DNA of 64,000 nucleotides. Source: the human T2T-CHM13v2.0 reference genome, Homo sapiens. The DNA is taken from the NCBI RefSeq assembly GCF_009914755.1, contig NC_060928.1. The stretch is one strand, 5' to 3'. The translations under genes and the position numbers were made by a program. The notes beneath the pieces are model-generated. The model was not told the origin of the DNA. It made no database searches and saw nothing but the letters and a program-made list of their open reading frames with translations. Below, in pieces: positions 25,152-37,890 of this stretch (position 1 is its first letter; each line of letters begins with the position of its first letter).

Positions 25152-25746
25152 CTGGAGCTAGAATAAGATATGTGAAAGTATCATAGGAAACACTTTTATT
25201 TGTAGTATTTCTAATCCGTGGAAGGAGAAAGTAAACACACATCAAAGTAAAATCAATTCTTATGAGATATCCACCACAGTTCTTCATCCACCAGAAAAAA
25301 AAAAAACAGAGAAATATTCAAACTGGAGCCTCCAAACATTTTGCCATTCATCTATCACTAGGGTACTGTGTCTTCTGTCTCTTTTGTACACTTTTGATTC
25401 CTTAGTGGGCAGATGGATATAATACAACGGTTAGCCTCAATAATTATTCCAAATTTTAAAAATTGATTGAAAAAAAAAACACTGGATGCAAGCCAATTTT
25501 ATAAACTCAAGTTAAAAGATTTGGGTGCTCAGAGAGAATGTATTTTAGAATGCAGAACAAAAAAGAAGATGGCTTTTTATCTGTTATTGGAAATAATCAC
25601 TGCTTGCCCTGACAATAGTTCACAGATGAACTTATGTTTTTCTGTAATCAAGTTTAGGATGAGACCTAGTCATCTGAAGTTGAAAAAATGTGAAATTTAA
25701 ACTTTATTAGTTTCAGGACTTTGCTGTAATGTAGAATAAACTAATG

Positions 25747-25800
25747 ATTCAGTCTGTACTTAAGGACTATTCAGTCTGTATTAAGGACTATGAAGGACTG
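25747..25800. repeat. short tandem duplication (~22-bp unit)
   Basis: attcagtctgtacttaaggact / attcagtctgtattaaggact / atgaaggact. Confidence 0.85.
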
Positions 25801-26085
25801 TCCTACACTATTGACAGTATCAACTTCCAATAACCAACAATGTCTTACATACAGCTCATTATCCAGTGAAGTCAAAGCCATTATTATATTGACTGTGGAT
25901 CTTATATCCTGTAACTGTTCATGGTAGCAATGGTTGTACTGGAACAACAATAATAAATTTATCTATTCACTCAACATGCATTGACTGAGTGCTTACTCTA
26001 TACTCCATTCTCCACAAATTGGCCAAAATTATATTTTTAAAATGTAAATCAGATCATATTATTCCCTACTGAAAATACACTAAAT

Positions 26086-26295
26086 TAGTGGTTCTCAATC
26101 TCTGGCAATTTGCCTCCCCAGGGACATTAGACAATGTCTACAGACACATTTAACTGTAACAACTCAGGAATGAATGCTACTGGTTTCTAGTGGACAGAGG
26201 CCAGAAATGCTGGTAAACATCCTACAATGCACAGGACAGCCCCACAACAACAAATCTGGTCTAAATCTTTATAGCGCTGCTGTGAAGAAACCCTG
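26086..26295 (+). mobile_element. MER20 (hAT-Charlie)
   Basis: agtggttctcaa...catcctacaatgcacaggacagcccc...gaaaccctg; perfect TSD cactaaat. Confidence 0.92.
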
Positions 26296-26619
26296 CACTA
26301 AATCCAAATCCCTTAACCTAATTTGCAAGGTCATGTAGTCTGACTTCTGCCTCTCTCTTTAATCTTGCCTCTGGCCACATTCTCTCCTGCTCATTATGCT
26401 CTAGCCATGCTGGTTATACTTTGTATTCCTTGAACCACCCAAGCCAGTGTGTCTCAGGACCCTTTAACCTGCTAATCTCTGATTCCTTTTCCTGTAATGT
26501 CCTTCTACCTGGAATGGTCTTCTACCAAAACTTTGCATGGCTGCCTCCTTCTCAATATTTAGATCTCTGTTCAAATGTCACTTGCTCAGAGAGAGTTTCT
26601 GTAACCATTTCATCTAAGG

Positions 26620-26913
26620 CAGGGGTCTCTCAGACTGTGAACCGATGCCAATCTGTGACCTGTCAGGAACCTAGACACACAGCAGTCAGTGAGCAGGTGA
26701 ACCAGCATTACCACTTGAGCTCTGTCTCCTGTAAGATCAGCGGGACAGCATTAGATTCTCATAGGAAGGTGAACACTATTGTGAACTGCACATGTGAGTA
26801 ATCTAGATTGCACATTCCTTATGAGAATCTAATGTTCCCCCCACCCCCTGGTCCATGGAAAAACTGTCTTCCATGAAACTGATCCCTGGTGCCAAAAAGG
26901 TTGAGAACCGCTG
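26620..26913 (+). mobile_element. MER1B (Charlie3-derived MITE)
   Basis: caggggtc...gcattagattctcatagg...ccctggtgccaaaaaggttgagaaccgctg; TSD atctaagg/atctaaag. Confidence 0.9.
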
Positions 26914-27289
26914 ATCTAAAGTATGTACATCCATTCCACCCCTGTGAATCTCCATCTCATCATGGTTTCATTTCCATCTATGTACCTGACACTCTGAATT
27001 TACCTTGTTTATAAACTTCCTGTGGTTCTCTTAGAATGTAGGCTCCGAGGACAGAGGAGCCTGGACAGACAACTGACAGAGGACTAACCAGTCTCAATCA
27101 CTCTTCAATTCCCTAAACATGGAACTCAATCAATCTCTCTCTCCGACATCTGCTGAGCCCAGTTATAAGGTCAAACATAGGGAAAGAGATGGGGCAAAAA
27201 GTGAAATTACAAAGCTGACAATAAAGGAAAAGAACATGCATACAAATAGATAATTCTAGACTTAGAGAAAGTAGTACCAGGTCATTTTA

Positions 27290-27530
27290 GTGCTTTCTTT
27301 GTTTAGGATACTGTTTTAAAAATTTTTAGTGGATTGCATCATTTAATCCTCAGACCACCATCATTCTCCAAAAAACTGTTAGTTCTATTATTATCCTGAC
27401 TTTACACACAAGGTATAGCAGCAGAGAGGTTAAGTCACTTGCTCAAGCTTACCTACTCATTGAGTACTGACACCGGAAATTAAACCCAGGCACCCTGCCT
27501 TCACAGCTCTGCTCTCTTACCCACATCCCT
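27290..27530 (-). mobile_element. MIR
   Basis: catttaatcctca...gagaggttaagtcacttgctcaag...aaacccaggca. Confidence 0.8.
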
Positions 27531-28647
27531 CCCCAACCCCATGCTATGTGCAAGGCAGAAAACTGACTGCTTAGGAATGCAGAAGGCAAGGAATCTTCAT
27601 TTCTTCCTCCTTTATTTTTGCATATTCATTTGTGTTCTTTGAAATCCGTAAAGCTATGGGAATAGAGAGAGCAGGAAAAGAAGAAAGAACTGGCAAAAAA
27701 TAATGGATATAAAGGAAAAAGTAAATTCAAAGATTTAATATAGGGAGATTTATATGAGCTTATATGTAAGCTTATATAAAATGTGTTGAAAATATGTGCT
27801 TAAAATGTATATAAAAGAAACAACATCTATGAAAGACTATAGAATGCTCACCCTGATGCCCATGATTTAGCAACAATTTCTCTTGAAAGTGTTTTATGAT
27901 GAGATTTAAGGGGGGGTGAAATAATTCTTTTTAAATTGAATTAAAATGGCCCTTACTTTATTCTGGTTTGCTTTGAAGCACAGAGTCCAACAAAGAGTCT
28001 CTACCATGCTTTGAAAAGAGAATATAACCCACCAGCAGCACAGTGCCAAATGAATACAATTGTCTCCTCCTTTCTCCAGGTTCCTGCTTCTCATTCTTAA
28101 AACAATGCAGTAGTAATAGGATGTCCCTCTTCCAAGTTTCCAACACACTATATTTAAAACACGTGGGTTTATTTGTCAGAACTCATAATATCCTCCCTTC
28201 ATATTAACAGGAAGCGGGGCTCAAAATCTCTGATCCACATAATATTATTATGGCTAGAGGAGAAAACCTGGGAAAATAGTTCTTTTCCTTGTGGTTGTCG
28301 GGCCACATATTTTATCCTGCAAATGTTGGCAATGGATTCAATCCACCATTCACAGACAATGTGTATTGAAGCGATCATACTAATGATGAGTGAACACTGT
28401 CTCCTCCTTACACAAACAGCCCCACAGTTACTGAAGGGATTTTTCCTGAAAGTTCTGGGTTACATAAACTTGATTATTTCAGCAATGCAGCTCCCCCAAT
28501 ACCTTCCTATGCCCACCCACAAAACTTTCAACTCTCCCCAAAAGTGGCCAAATGATTCACTTTTAGTTTGGTCATGTGTGTGTACTGATTAGCGGTGATT
28601 TTTGAAATACTGAATAAGCAAGAGACACCTCAGCTAATTCTCTCACT

Positions 28648-30753
28648 TGGGCAAAAGCTGGAATCATTCCCTTTGAAAACTGGCACAAGACAAGGATGCT
28701 GTCTCTCACCACTCCTATTCAACATAGTACTGGAAATTCTGGTCAGGGCAATCAGGCAACAGAAAGAAAGAAAGGGCATCCTAATAGGAAAAGAGGAAGA
28801 CAAACTATCCCTGTTTGCAGATGACATGATCCTATATCTAGAAAATCCCATTGTCTCAGCCCAAAAGCTTCTTAAGCTGATAAACAACTTCAGAGAAGTC
28901 TCAGGATACAAAATCAATGTGCAAAAATCACTAACATTCCTATACACCAACAACAGTCAAGCCAAGAGCCAAATCAGGAATGAACTCCCATTCATAATTG
29001 CCACAAAAAGAATAAAATGCCTAGGAATACAGCTAACTAGGGAGGTGGAAGATCTCTACAAGGAGAACTACAAACCACTGCTCAAAGAAATTAGAGATGA
29101 CACAAACAAATGGAAAAACATTCCATGCTCGTGAATAGGAAAAATTAATATCATTGAAATGACCATACTGAACAAAGCAATTTAAAGATTCAATGTTACT
29201 CCTATTAAACTACCATTGGCATTCTTCACAGAACTAGAGAAAACTATTTTAAAATGCACGTGAACTAAAAAAGAGCCTGAATAGTTAAGTCAATCCTAAG
29301 CAAAAAGAACAAAGCTGAGGCGTCACGCTACCCAACTTCAAACTATACTACAGAGCTATAGTAACCAAAACAGCATGGTACTGATACAGCAACAAACACA
29401 TAAACAAATGGAACAGAATCATGTACCCAGAAATAAAATCACACACCTACAACTATCTAATCTTTGACAAACCTGACAAAAATAAGCAATGGGGGAAGGA
29501 CTCTCTATTTAATGAATGCTGCTGGGATAACTGGCTAAGCCTATGCAGAAAATTGAAACTGGACCCCCTTCCTTACGTGATACAGAAAAATTAACTAAAG
29601 ATGGATAAAGATTTAAATGTAAACCCAAAACTATAAAAACCCTGGAAGACAACCTAGTCAATACCATTCAGGACACAGGCACAGGCAAAGATTTCATGAC
29701 AAAGACACCAAAAGCAATTGCAACAAAAGCAAAAGTTGATAAATGGGTTCTAATTAAAGAGCTTCTGCACAGAAAAGAAACTGTCAACAGAGTACACAGA
29801 CAACCTACAGAATGGGAGAAAATATTTGCAAACTATGCATTCAACAAAGGTCTAATATCCAGAATCTATAAGGAACTTAAAGAAATTTACAATACAAAAA
29901 CAACCTTATTAAAAAGTGGGCAAAGGACATGAACAGACACACCTCAAAAGAAGACAAACATGTGGCCAAAAAGCATATGAAAAAAGCTCAACACCACTGA
30001 TCATTAGAGAAATGCAAATCAAAACCACAATGAGATACCATCTAACACCAGTCAAATGGCTACTATTAAAAAGTCAAAAAATAACAGATGCTGGTGAGGT
30101 TGTGGAGAAAAAGGAACATTTCTATACTGTTGGTGGAAGTATAAATTAGTTCAGTCATGGTGGAACACAGTGTAGCAATTCCTCAAAGACCTAAGGACAG
30201 AAATACCATTTGACCCAGCAATCCCATTACTGGGTATATACCCAAATAAATAACAGAATATAAATTATTCTGTTATAAAGACACATCCACACGTATGTTC
30301 ATTGCAGCACTATTCACAATAGTAAAAACATGGAATTAACATAAATGCCCATCAATGATAGACTAGATAAAGAAAATGTGGTACATTTATACCATGGTAC
30401 ACTATGCAGTCATAAAAAAAGAACAAGACCATGTCTTTTGCGGGAACATGGATGGAGCCGGAAACATTATTCTTAGCAAACTAACATAGGAACAGAAAAC
30501 CAAATACAACATGTTCTCACTTGTAAGTGGAAGCTAAATGGTGAGAATACACGGACACATAGAGGGAAACAACACACACTGGTGCCTACTTGAGGGTGGA
30601 AGGAAGAAGAGGATCAGGAAAAATAACTAATGGATTCTAGGGTTAATACCTGGGTGGTGAAATAATCTGTACAACAAACTCCCGTGACACAATTTTACCT
30701 ATGTAACAGACCTGCACTTATACCCTTGAACTTAAAATAAAAGTAAAAAAAAA
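28648..30753 (+). mobile_element. 5'-truncated L1 (L1PA13-like)
   Basis: ORF2 RT fragment [29 protein letters not shown]; 3'UTR aggatcaggaaaaataactaatgg; A tail. Confidence 0.93.
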
Positions 30754-31033
30754 TTACCTCAAAAAAATATATATATAAAACCTCTAGAATTCACTAAACA
30801 TTAGATTAAAGGAGACACCAGACTGAGGAGACAGAGATCCCTTTCTCACTGCTAAATAAAATACTTTCAATTTGCTACTCTTTCAACTAGAAGACTCCTG
30901 AAACTGGGTTGCTCATAAAAGTTTTAAAACATTTAATAGGTAAAATGGCTCTTATGCTAAAAGGTACTAATATAAGGCTCCATTCTGTCATGAACTCATA
31001 TAATCTAGAAGCTCTATTCTGAGATATAAATAT

Positions 31034-31110
31034 ATGTTTGTGTATGTGTGTATATATATATATACACACACACACAAAAGCACACACATATGCATATATA
31101 AAACATATAG
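31034..31110. repeat. (TG)/(TA)/(CA) low-complexity microsatellite
   Basis: direct. Confidence 0.8.
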
Positions 31111-31909
31111 TCATGTGATTCACTTTTAAATTGTATCATGTTGATGAAATGTGCACAATATTTTTCAATATTAAACTAAAACATTTTTATTTCTGATAAT
31201 CTCTTGTTCTTGGGGTAAGCGGAACCCAGTCTCAAACAAACAAGTCAACTTTAAGTCTTAGATTGGTTTATCTATTCACAAGTTTGTCTTTATAGAGCAA
31301 GGGGTTTTCCCTGGAACTTAGAGATCTTACTGTAAGTCACAGAATAGCAGGGGAAGAAAACATGACATAAGAGAAGTCTCCATGGGGCATGGGGGAGGAA
31401 GCCCTTCTAGACCAGGGAGAAGGAGCCAAGGGAAAAACACAGAAAAGAAAAGAAAGTCCAATGCAGTGTCCTTGTTTTCTCATTCCCAGCCAGGGTTGAA
31501 CCTCAGATGGAGAAGTGTGGTTGAGTTGCCCAAACAGAATTGGCGAAAGCCAGAGGTTAGCAGCTCATTTCTTGCCTTCCCAGAGACAGCCTAGGAAGCC
31601 TGCTCCCTCCCAGAGAAGCCCAGCCTTCACAGGGCACTATGTAACTACGGAGCCAGAGCAGTGGAATACAAGTAACTCCAAGACATGCCTAGGCAGTCAA
31701 TTCCAAAGCACTCTGAAAACCAAACATGTTTTTTATAACTCATTTGATGGTAAAATGTGAACTAAACTGACTTGAAGCTATTTACGACATTAATTTACCC
31801 CACTTACTTTGATGTATTTGATTACAATGTGCTGATTATAGATAATATACAGTCTATGCACCTATTGCCTTTTTAAATTCAAAAAAGATATAAAAATTGC
31901 AAAATATAC

Positions 31910-32020
31910 CTGACCCCACTGGTTTCAGATAAGGAAAATGGGACTGCATTGAAAACTAAGGATGATTTTGCAGGCTTTTCTTCTATAATACCTGTATGTG
32001 CTACTGAGAATCCTTCCATT
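31910..32020 (-). other. candidate 111-nt exon, open frame MEGFSVAHTGIIEEKPAKSSLVFNAVPFSLSETSGV
   Basis: acceptor cctattattttgcag, donor CAG|gtatat, length a multiple of 3. Confidence 0.35.
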
Positions 32021-32585
32021 CTGCAAAATAATAGGCTTATAGGGAAATTAAGATTGTGGCCCATTATTCAAAACCCATGCAAGTTTTTCAACTGTGGACT
32101 AATAAAAATAATTATTGTATCTTCTAAGGTAACTAGCAAAAATGATAAATAACTAACAAACGTAAATAATTTACTAGCCCAGCAAACCTACAGGATGCCT
32201 CCGATGATGCTAAAAGTGCTCAAAATCAAAGTGAGGATGCTGGCTTGGGAGCACTGAAAAAAATGCAGATGCTGGGTCAAGAGCAACCTGCCAGGAACTC
32301 GGAGCCCTGCAAGATTAAAGGTGCTTCTCTCTGAGAATGAATGCAGGGTACAAATGTTCATTTTGAATTTTCATGAAATAGAATTAAAAGGGTTCTATTT
32401 TAGTTCTATTTCATGTAGCTGTATTTCATGCAGTAGGAAAGTTTAGGAATTTTGGTTTCCTGATGAAGGTTATAATTCTACTTCCATTATTCCACTTCTT
32501 TTGCATAGGAGAACTGCATATGAACCAATACTACTTCCACTTTAATCTGACATTATTCTGTTATTTATTACTTACATATTCTGAG

Positions 32586-32959
32586 TGTATTAGTTCATTT
32601 TCACACTGCTATAAAGAAATACCCAAGACTGGGTAATTTATAAAGGAAAGGGGTTTAATTGATTCACAGTTCCGCATAGCTAGGGAGGCTTAAGGAAACT
32701 TATAATCATGGCAGAAGGGGAAGAAACACATCCCCCTTCACAAGGCAGCAGGAGAGAGAAGTGCGAGGAGTGAAGGGGGAAGAGCTCTTATAAAACCAGC
32801 AGATCTCATCAGAACTCACTCATTATCACAAGAACAGCATGGGGGAAACTGCCCCCATGATCCAATCATCTCCCACCAGGTCTCTCCCTAGACAAGTGAG
32901 GATCATGGGGATTACAATTCAAGATGAGATTTGGGTGGGGACACAGCCAAACCATATCA
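32586..32959 (-). mobile_element. THE1D-like MaLR solo LTR
   Basis: tgtattagttcattttcacactgct...gggacacagccaaaccatatca; perfect TSD ctgag. Confidence 0.93.
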
Positions 32960-33279
32960 CTGAGTTTAAGGTCTGACTGAGTGGAATTGAATCTTAGCTG
33001 AGCACTCTAAAGGACAAAAGAGATACAAAACCTGTCCACAATCCTGGCCTCAGTGAGATTATGACCCAGCCAGAATCCAAGTCCAATAAGATGCTACACT
33101 AGAGCTGATGACAAATGACATTTATGAAAAAAATGAATAAAAATATTTCAGACTAAGACATGACAGGAGAACCAAAGCTTTGGTCAGGCCTAGAAGAATC
33201 TGCAAACCATAATGTTAAATCTCTTTAATTGTGAGTTTGCTGGGGCATAAGAGGATAAATATTGAATCTATACTTAATT

Positions 33280-33670
33280 AACTACTTCTCTTTGACAACC
33301 CACTTAACCTTTCTGAGCCCTGGTTAGCAAAAGCCACCTAATAACATACTGTGGTGAAATTAGATCAAATGAGATAGAAGACGTGAAACTGCATTGAGTA
33401 AAGCGCTCTACAAAGGCAAATTTTAAGGCTAGTGTTTATTGAGTGCTTTCTAAAGCCAAGCACTTTTCAAAGTGCTTTACAAATGTGTTTCATTTAGTCT
33501 TCTTAGAATGTACCAATACAAACCTACATTTTCACAGATGAAATATTGAGAGAGAAAGAGATTAAAAAGTTAAACATATTGGTCAATCTCAAACAGTAAC
33601 TGGTAAACCCCAGATTATAGCCCCAGTAGGGTATGGGTTAAGAGCCCAGACTTTTAATGCTATTAGTGTT
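33280..33670. mobile_element. two MIR fragments in opposite orientation
   Basis: cacttaacctttctgagcc (+); tttattgagtgct...cattttcacagatgaaa (-). Confidence 0.6.
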
Positions 33671-33738
33671 GTTTCCTGGCAGTAGTGACACTACATTTAC
33701 TTGGAAATAACAAAGTTGCATTTTGAAAAGATATTCTT

Positions 33739-34027
33739 GGCCAGGTACAGTGGCTCATGCCTATAATCCCACGATTTTGGGAGGCCTAGGTGGGTGGATC
33801 ACCTAAGTCCTGGAGCCCGAGACCATCCTGGGCAACATGCTGAAACCCTATCTCTACTTAAAAAAAAATATTAGCCAGGCACATGCCTATAGTCCCAGCT
33901 ACTCAAGAGGCTGAGGTGGGAGGATCACCTGAGCCTGAGAGGTAGAGTTTGCAGGGAACCAAGATCGCACCACTACACTCCAGCCTCGGTAAGAAAGTGA
34001 GACCGTGTCAAAAAAAAAAAAAAAAAA
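33739..34027 (+). mobile_element. AluJ
   Basis: gggaggatcacctgagcctg; TSD aaaagatattct. Confidence 0.92.
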
Positions 34028-34230
34028 GATATTCTCTAATTCAAATTGTTTCTCTGTCATTCAAAGAATCCTCTCCTTTCTTTCAAATTATTAAGGTTTT
34101 CCTGTATTTACAGCATTAATTCCTGGTAGCAATCATTCTCTCCTGAATTGCTACACTTGCCTTAAATAATTCAAAGAAAATATAACTCAGCATCCTCAAT
34201 GGCAAATGACAGATGGCAAGTATGACAGGC

Positions 34231-34982
34231 TTCTATGGTTTGAATGTTGATATAGTTTGGATAGTTGTCCCCACGAAAATCTCATGTTGAATTGTAATCC
34301 CCAATGTTGGAGGTGGGGCCTGGTGGGAGGTGTTTAGAGCATGGGGACGGATCCCTCACCATTTGGTGCAGTCTTCACAACAGTTCTCATGAGAGCCAAT
34401 CATTTAAAAATGTGTGGCACCTCCTCCCCACTCTCTCTTGCTCCTGGTTTTGCTATGTGAAGTGCCTGCTCTGCTTCAACTTCCACCATGAGTAAAAGCT
34501 TGCTGAGTCCTCCCCAGAAGCAAATGCCATCACTACATTTCCCGTACAGCCTGCAAAACCATGAGCCAACTGAACCTCTTTTCTTATAAATTACCCAGCA
34601 GTCTCCAGTATTTCTTTACAGCAATGCAAGAATGGCCTAATACAAATGTGTTCCCCAAAAAGCGTGTGTTGGAAAGTTAATACAGTATTAGGAGGTGGGT
34701 GCAATGGGAAGTGTTTATATCCTGAGGGTTCCCATCCTCAATGAATTAACACTGATTATAAAAGGGCTTGAGGCTGCAAGTTCAATCTCTTGCTCTCTCA
34801 CGTGCTCTCTTGCCCTTCTACCTTCTGCCACACGATGACACAGCAAGAAGGCCCTCACCAGATGTTGGTCTCTCTACCTGGAGGAATTCTCAGCCTCCAG
34901 AGCTATAAAAATCAATCTCCATTCTACATAAACTAGCCAGTCTTTGGTATTCTGTAATAGCAGCACAAAACAGACTAAGACA
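34231..34982 (+). mobile_element. MSTC-like MaLR LTR split by MSTA
   Basis: ctatggtttgaatgt|...|gttcccc...cagactaagaca; TSD caggc at 34226-34230 and 34983-34987. Confidence 0.85.
34248..34644 (+). mobile_element. MSTA-like solo LTR (nested)
   Basis: tgatatagtttggat...gaatggcctaataca; TSD aatgt. Confidence 0.9.
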
Positions 34983-37634
34983 CAGGCAAAAATGACTTCT
35001 GTACCTTGGTATCTTATACAATGTACACTTTCATAAGTAAAAGTTGATAACTTAACCCACCTTTCATACCCAGAAGGGGATATTTCCTAACTACATAATG
35101 AAGGATGCCACCGCAGTACTGCATAACAGTGCTGCAGGTCCATCCTAATCACTGAGGCAAACTCAGGGCTTCGACTACAGCAGCAAAAGGATACACATGT
35201 ACAACTAGCTGAGCTGAAGACAAGCAGCCCCCAGACCTCTGTGTCTTCCTCACACCCTTTTGAAACTGAAGGCACCTCCTGGGAAATTTCACGTACCCCT
35301 CCCTTGACAAGGAAGCTTGAGTGTAGACATCATCTCTACCACCAACCTTACCGTATGAAACATAACTTTCTGTTCATTATCTTTCACCACTAGAAGATAA
35401 ACTTCTTAGGGGCAAGGGCTATGAATTAGGCACCTTTGAATCCCCAGCACCAGCACAGTGCATCATGTGAAGTACATACCCAAGTGCCAAATATATGAAC
35501 ACATACATTTTCTACATTAAAAATATTTATTTTAATAATTAGTGTTTTCATATAAGATCATTAATCACTTACAGTAACAGTAATAACCAGATGGTAGCAT
35601 GACTAAATTGTGCATTTCCATAGATTGGTATGCTTAAAAATCATTGGAGATCATCAGCTTCTTTCATACAGATGAGGCTAGATAATTGGCCTGATAGGAA
35701 GAAGTCTAGCTAGATCTCGACATTTTCTGCCCCACATTTTATTTTCCTAATACATTCTAAACAGGTATGCAAATCATTTTGGCTAAAGAAAAGCTGTTAA
35801 AGTCACATTGAGGATTTATTATCATTAGAAATGCTCAGAACTCAGAAGTAGACATATGTGTTTTTATGTGTGGGCAGATAAAAGGGGAAGTTTTGGTGGA
35901 AGAAAGCCAATCGTGGGAAATAGTCAATATATGACCCTTGACTTCTCTTAGTGTGTTTCAGAGAATCAAAGTGATCTAAAACGATCACACAAAGGAAAGG
36001 ATAGTACTTCCCAAACTTGCATGTATGGGCACAGAATGCACACATGGTAAAGACTGCATGGCAAACATCAATGTAAATGGACAAGTCACCTCCAGCCCAA
36101 GGTGACTGTCTCAATGGCTCCAGCCTCCCTCGGCCCCCACAGTCACCTTGAGGGCTAAGGCCAATAGTAGCTTGCACACCTGTAACCCATTCTTTTCAGT
36201 TGATCTACACTGGAGTAAAGTGAAATCAAGCTTTAATGAACTAAGGCTCAGTTTCAAAATCCAAGAAAAGAAACAGAAGTTTGCATAATAATAATAACAA
36301 TAAATTGGCTATGTAAACCCTCATAAAAGGAAAGTCATCCCGCCTCTCATCTACCACTTACATGTACAATTGACTAAACTTTTAGTTCAAACTCATGAGC
36401 TGTTTCCCTATCACTTTGGCACTAAATATTTCACCTGATAAAAGATGCTGTATCCTATATGATGTATTTTTAGTCATATGGAAGAGTTTCTTCCATGTGT
36501 TACTCACAGGTAACAATGAGTGATGAATATTCCTGGCATGAACACCATGTATCCCATTGCAAGCTTTTTATTATGCAAGCTGTCCATACTGTGATGTGAA
36601 AGTTTCTATTAGATTCCCCATGAAGACGATAGAAGATGTTAGCAGCCCCAAACACAAGGCAGGCCACAGAAATATGGATTCAACTACAGGAATTAATAGT
36701 CACCATTGTAAACTATTCATGCCTGGAGCCAACCCACAAAACTAATGCAATAATAGAGATTCTAAGTCAGAGCTGGAAATTGCTGCCCAGGTCAGGCTAT
36801 TCCCTAGAGCCCAGCTAGGATTACTTTGGGTGCATTCTGGAACGCCACAGCTGGTCTGAGTTTTCATTGTCTCATATAATGAACTTTCACCATTTCCTTT
36901 AATAATCCCCAGCCCCCTGCCTTGGACAGTCAGTATGAATTTATCCTTTTCTAATTACGTTTTTAAAAACTTCTTCCCATACCTATTTCAGACACAGCTA
37001 AAAAAAAAATTCTTATGTCCCTGTGGAATTATACCTAGATTCTCTTATTTAGCTCTTACCTTTCTGCAGAGCTTTGCTCCTTTGATACAGTGGTCACTTT
37101 TTTTCCTAAAACTGTGCCAAATTGTCAAATTCTCATAGGTAATTCTAAGATCCACAATAGATTTGTTAAAATAGGAAGAATAGTTAATTGGTCAGGTTCT
37201 AGATCATAAAGCTGATCTCTATTTTACTATTCACATATTTATTAAGAGAAAAGAAAGGACTTTAGTGCTATATGTCTTGGTTCTCCGATTCACAAAATCT
37301 AAAATAAGAGTTTTGTGGTTTCTACTTGCCTTCCGTAACACTGGATTTTCTCCCAAATAAAAAATATTCCCTATTAATTTGGTATTGCAAGGATTTAAAC
37401 TAATTTATTGCTAGTTGCATAGCATTATACTTTGTCACAGCTCATGAAACCCATAGTACATTTCAACACAATCTTTATACAGTCTTTCAACCCCAGCAAC
37501 TCACATTCCCATGCATCAATTCTTAAAGTGTGCTATCAATGGCAGGAGTTCCTCTGAAGCATTTGTTTGAGCAATTGATGTGAAATAAATCATTTTACTT
37601 GCAGAAAGAAAAAACCATAGGCTTATAGGCTTAC

Positions 37635-37775
37635 CTTAGCCAAGGAAATAGTACCCCTGCCTATAGCAATTTCAGTTTGAGTTCCACTCCACTCATAGTC
37701 ACAGTTATAGGATAATCTATTAATTTATAATACATAAGTAATCCTTCCTTACCAGGGCTAAAAATGAAGTATCTA
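37635..37775 (-). other. candidate exon with two strong donors
   Basis: acceptor ttttctttttcaataactataactttcag(tag); donors CTG|gtaagg (37753) and AAG|gtaagc (37635). Confidence 0.35.
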
Positions 37776-37890
37776 CTGAAAGTTATAGTTATTGAAAAAG
37801 AAAACATTATGCCAATAAATGTGACAGAATGTTGTATCTCACACAAAATAATCTTTTTAAAATGTCCTTTATCTAGACACATTACACAGC

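Larger units (their letters stand above)
26000..27050 (+). mobile_element. L2 fragment hosting MER20 and MER1B
   Basis: tttaaaatgtaaatcagatcat...tcaaatgtcac...tagaatgtaggctcc. Confidence 0.75.

Noticed and set aside
25747-25800. repeat resembling a CRISPR array
   Set aside because: Adjacent units without spacers, eukaryotic context, no cas genes.
28475-28490. 16-nt match to the reverse complement of 45903-45918, inside the 85-bp foreign segment
   Set aside because: Does not extend on either side; insufficient to call it the donor.
28173-28592. 139-aa ORF in unique DNA
   Set aside because: Non-ATG start, no recognisable domain or splice structure.
28595-29134. 179-aa ORF with RT motifs (also 53026-53574 and 13290-13613)
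   Set aside because: Fragments of dead L1 ORF2, not host genes or a novel reverse-transcriptase system.
28620-30850. TSD or 3' transduction for the L1PA13-like element
   Set aside because: Only short scattered matches (gagacacc, tctcact); no contiguous duplication.
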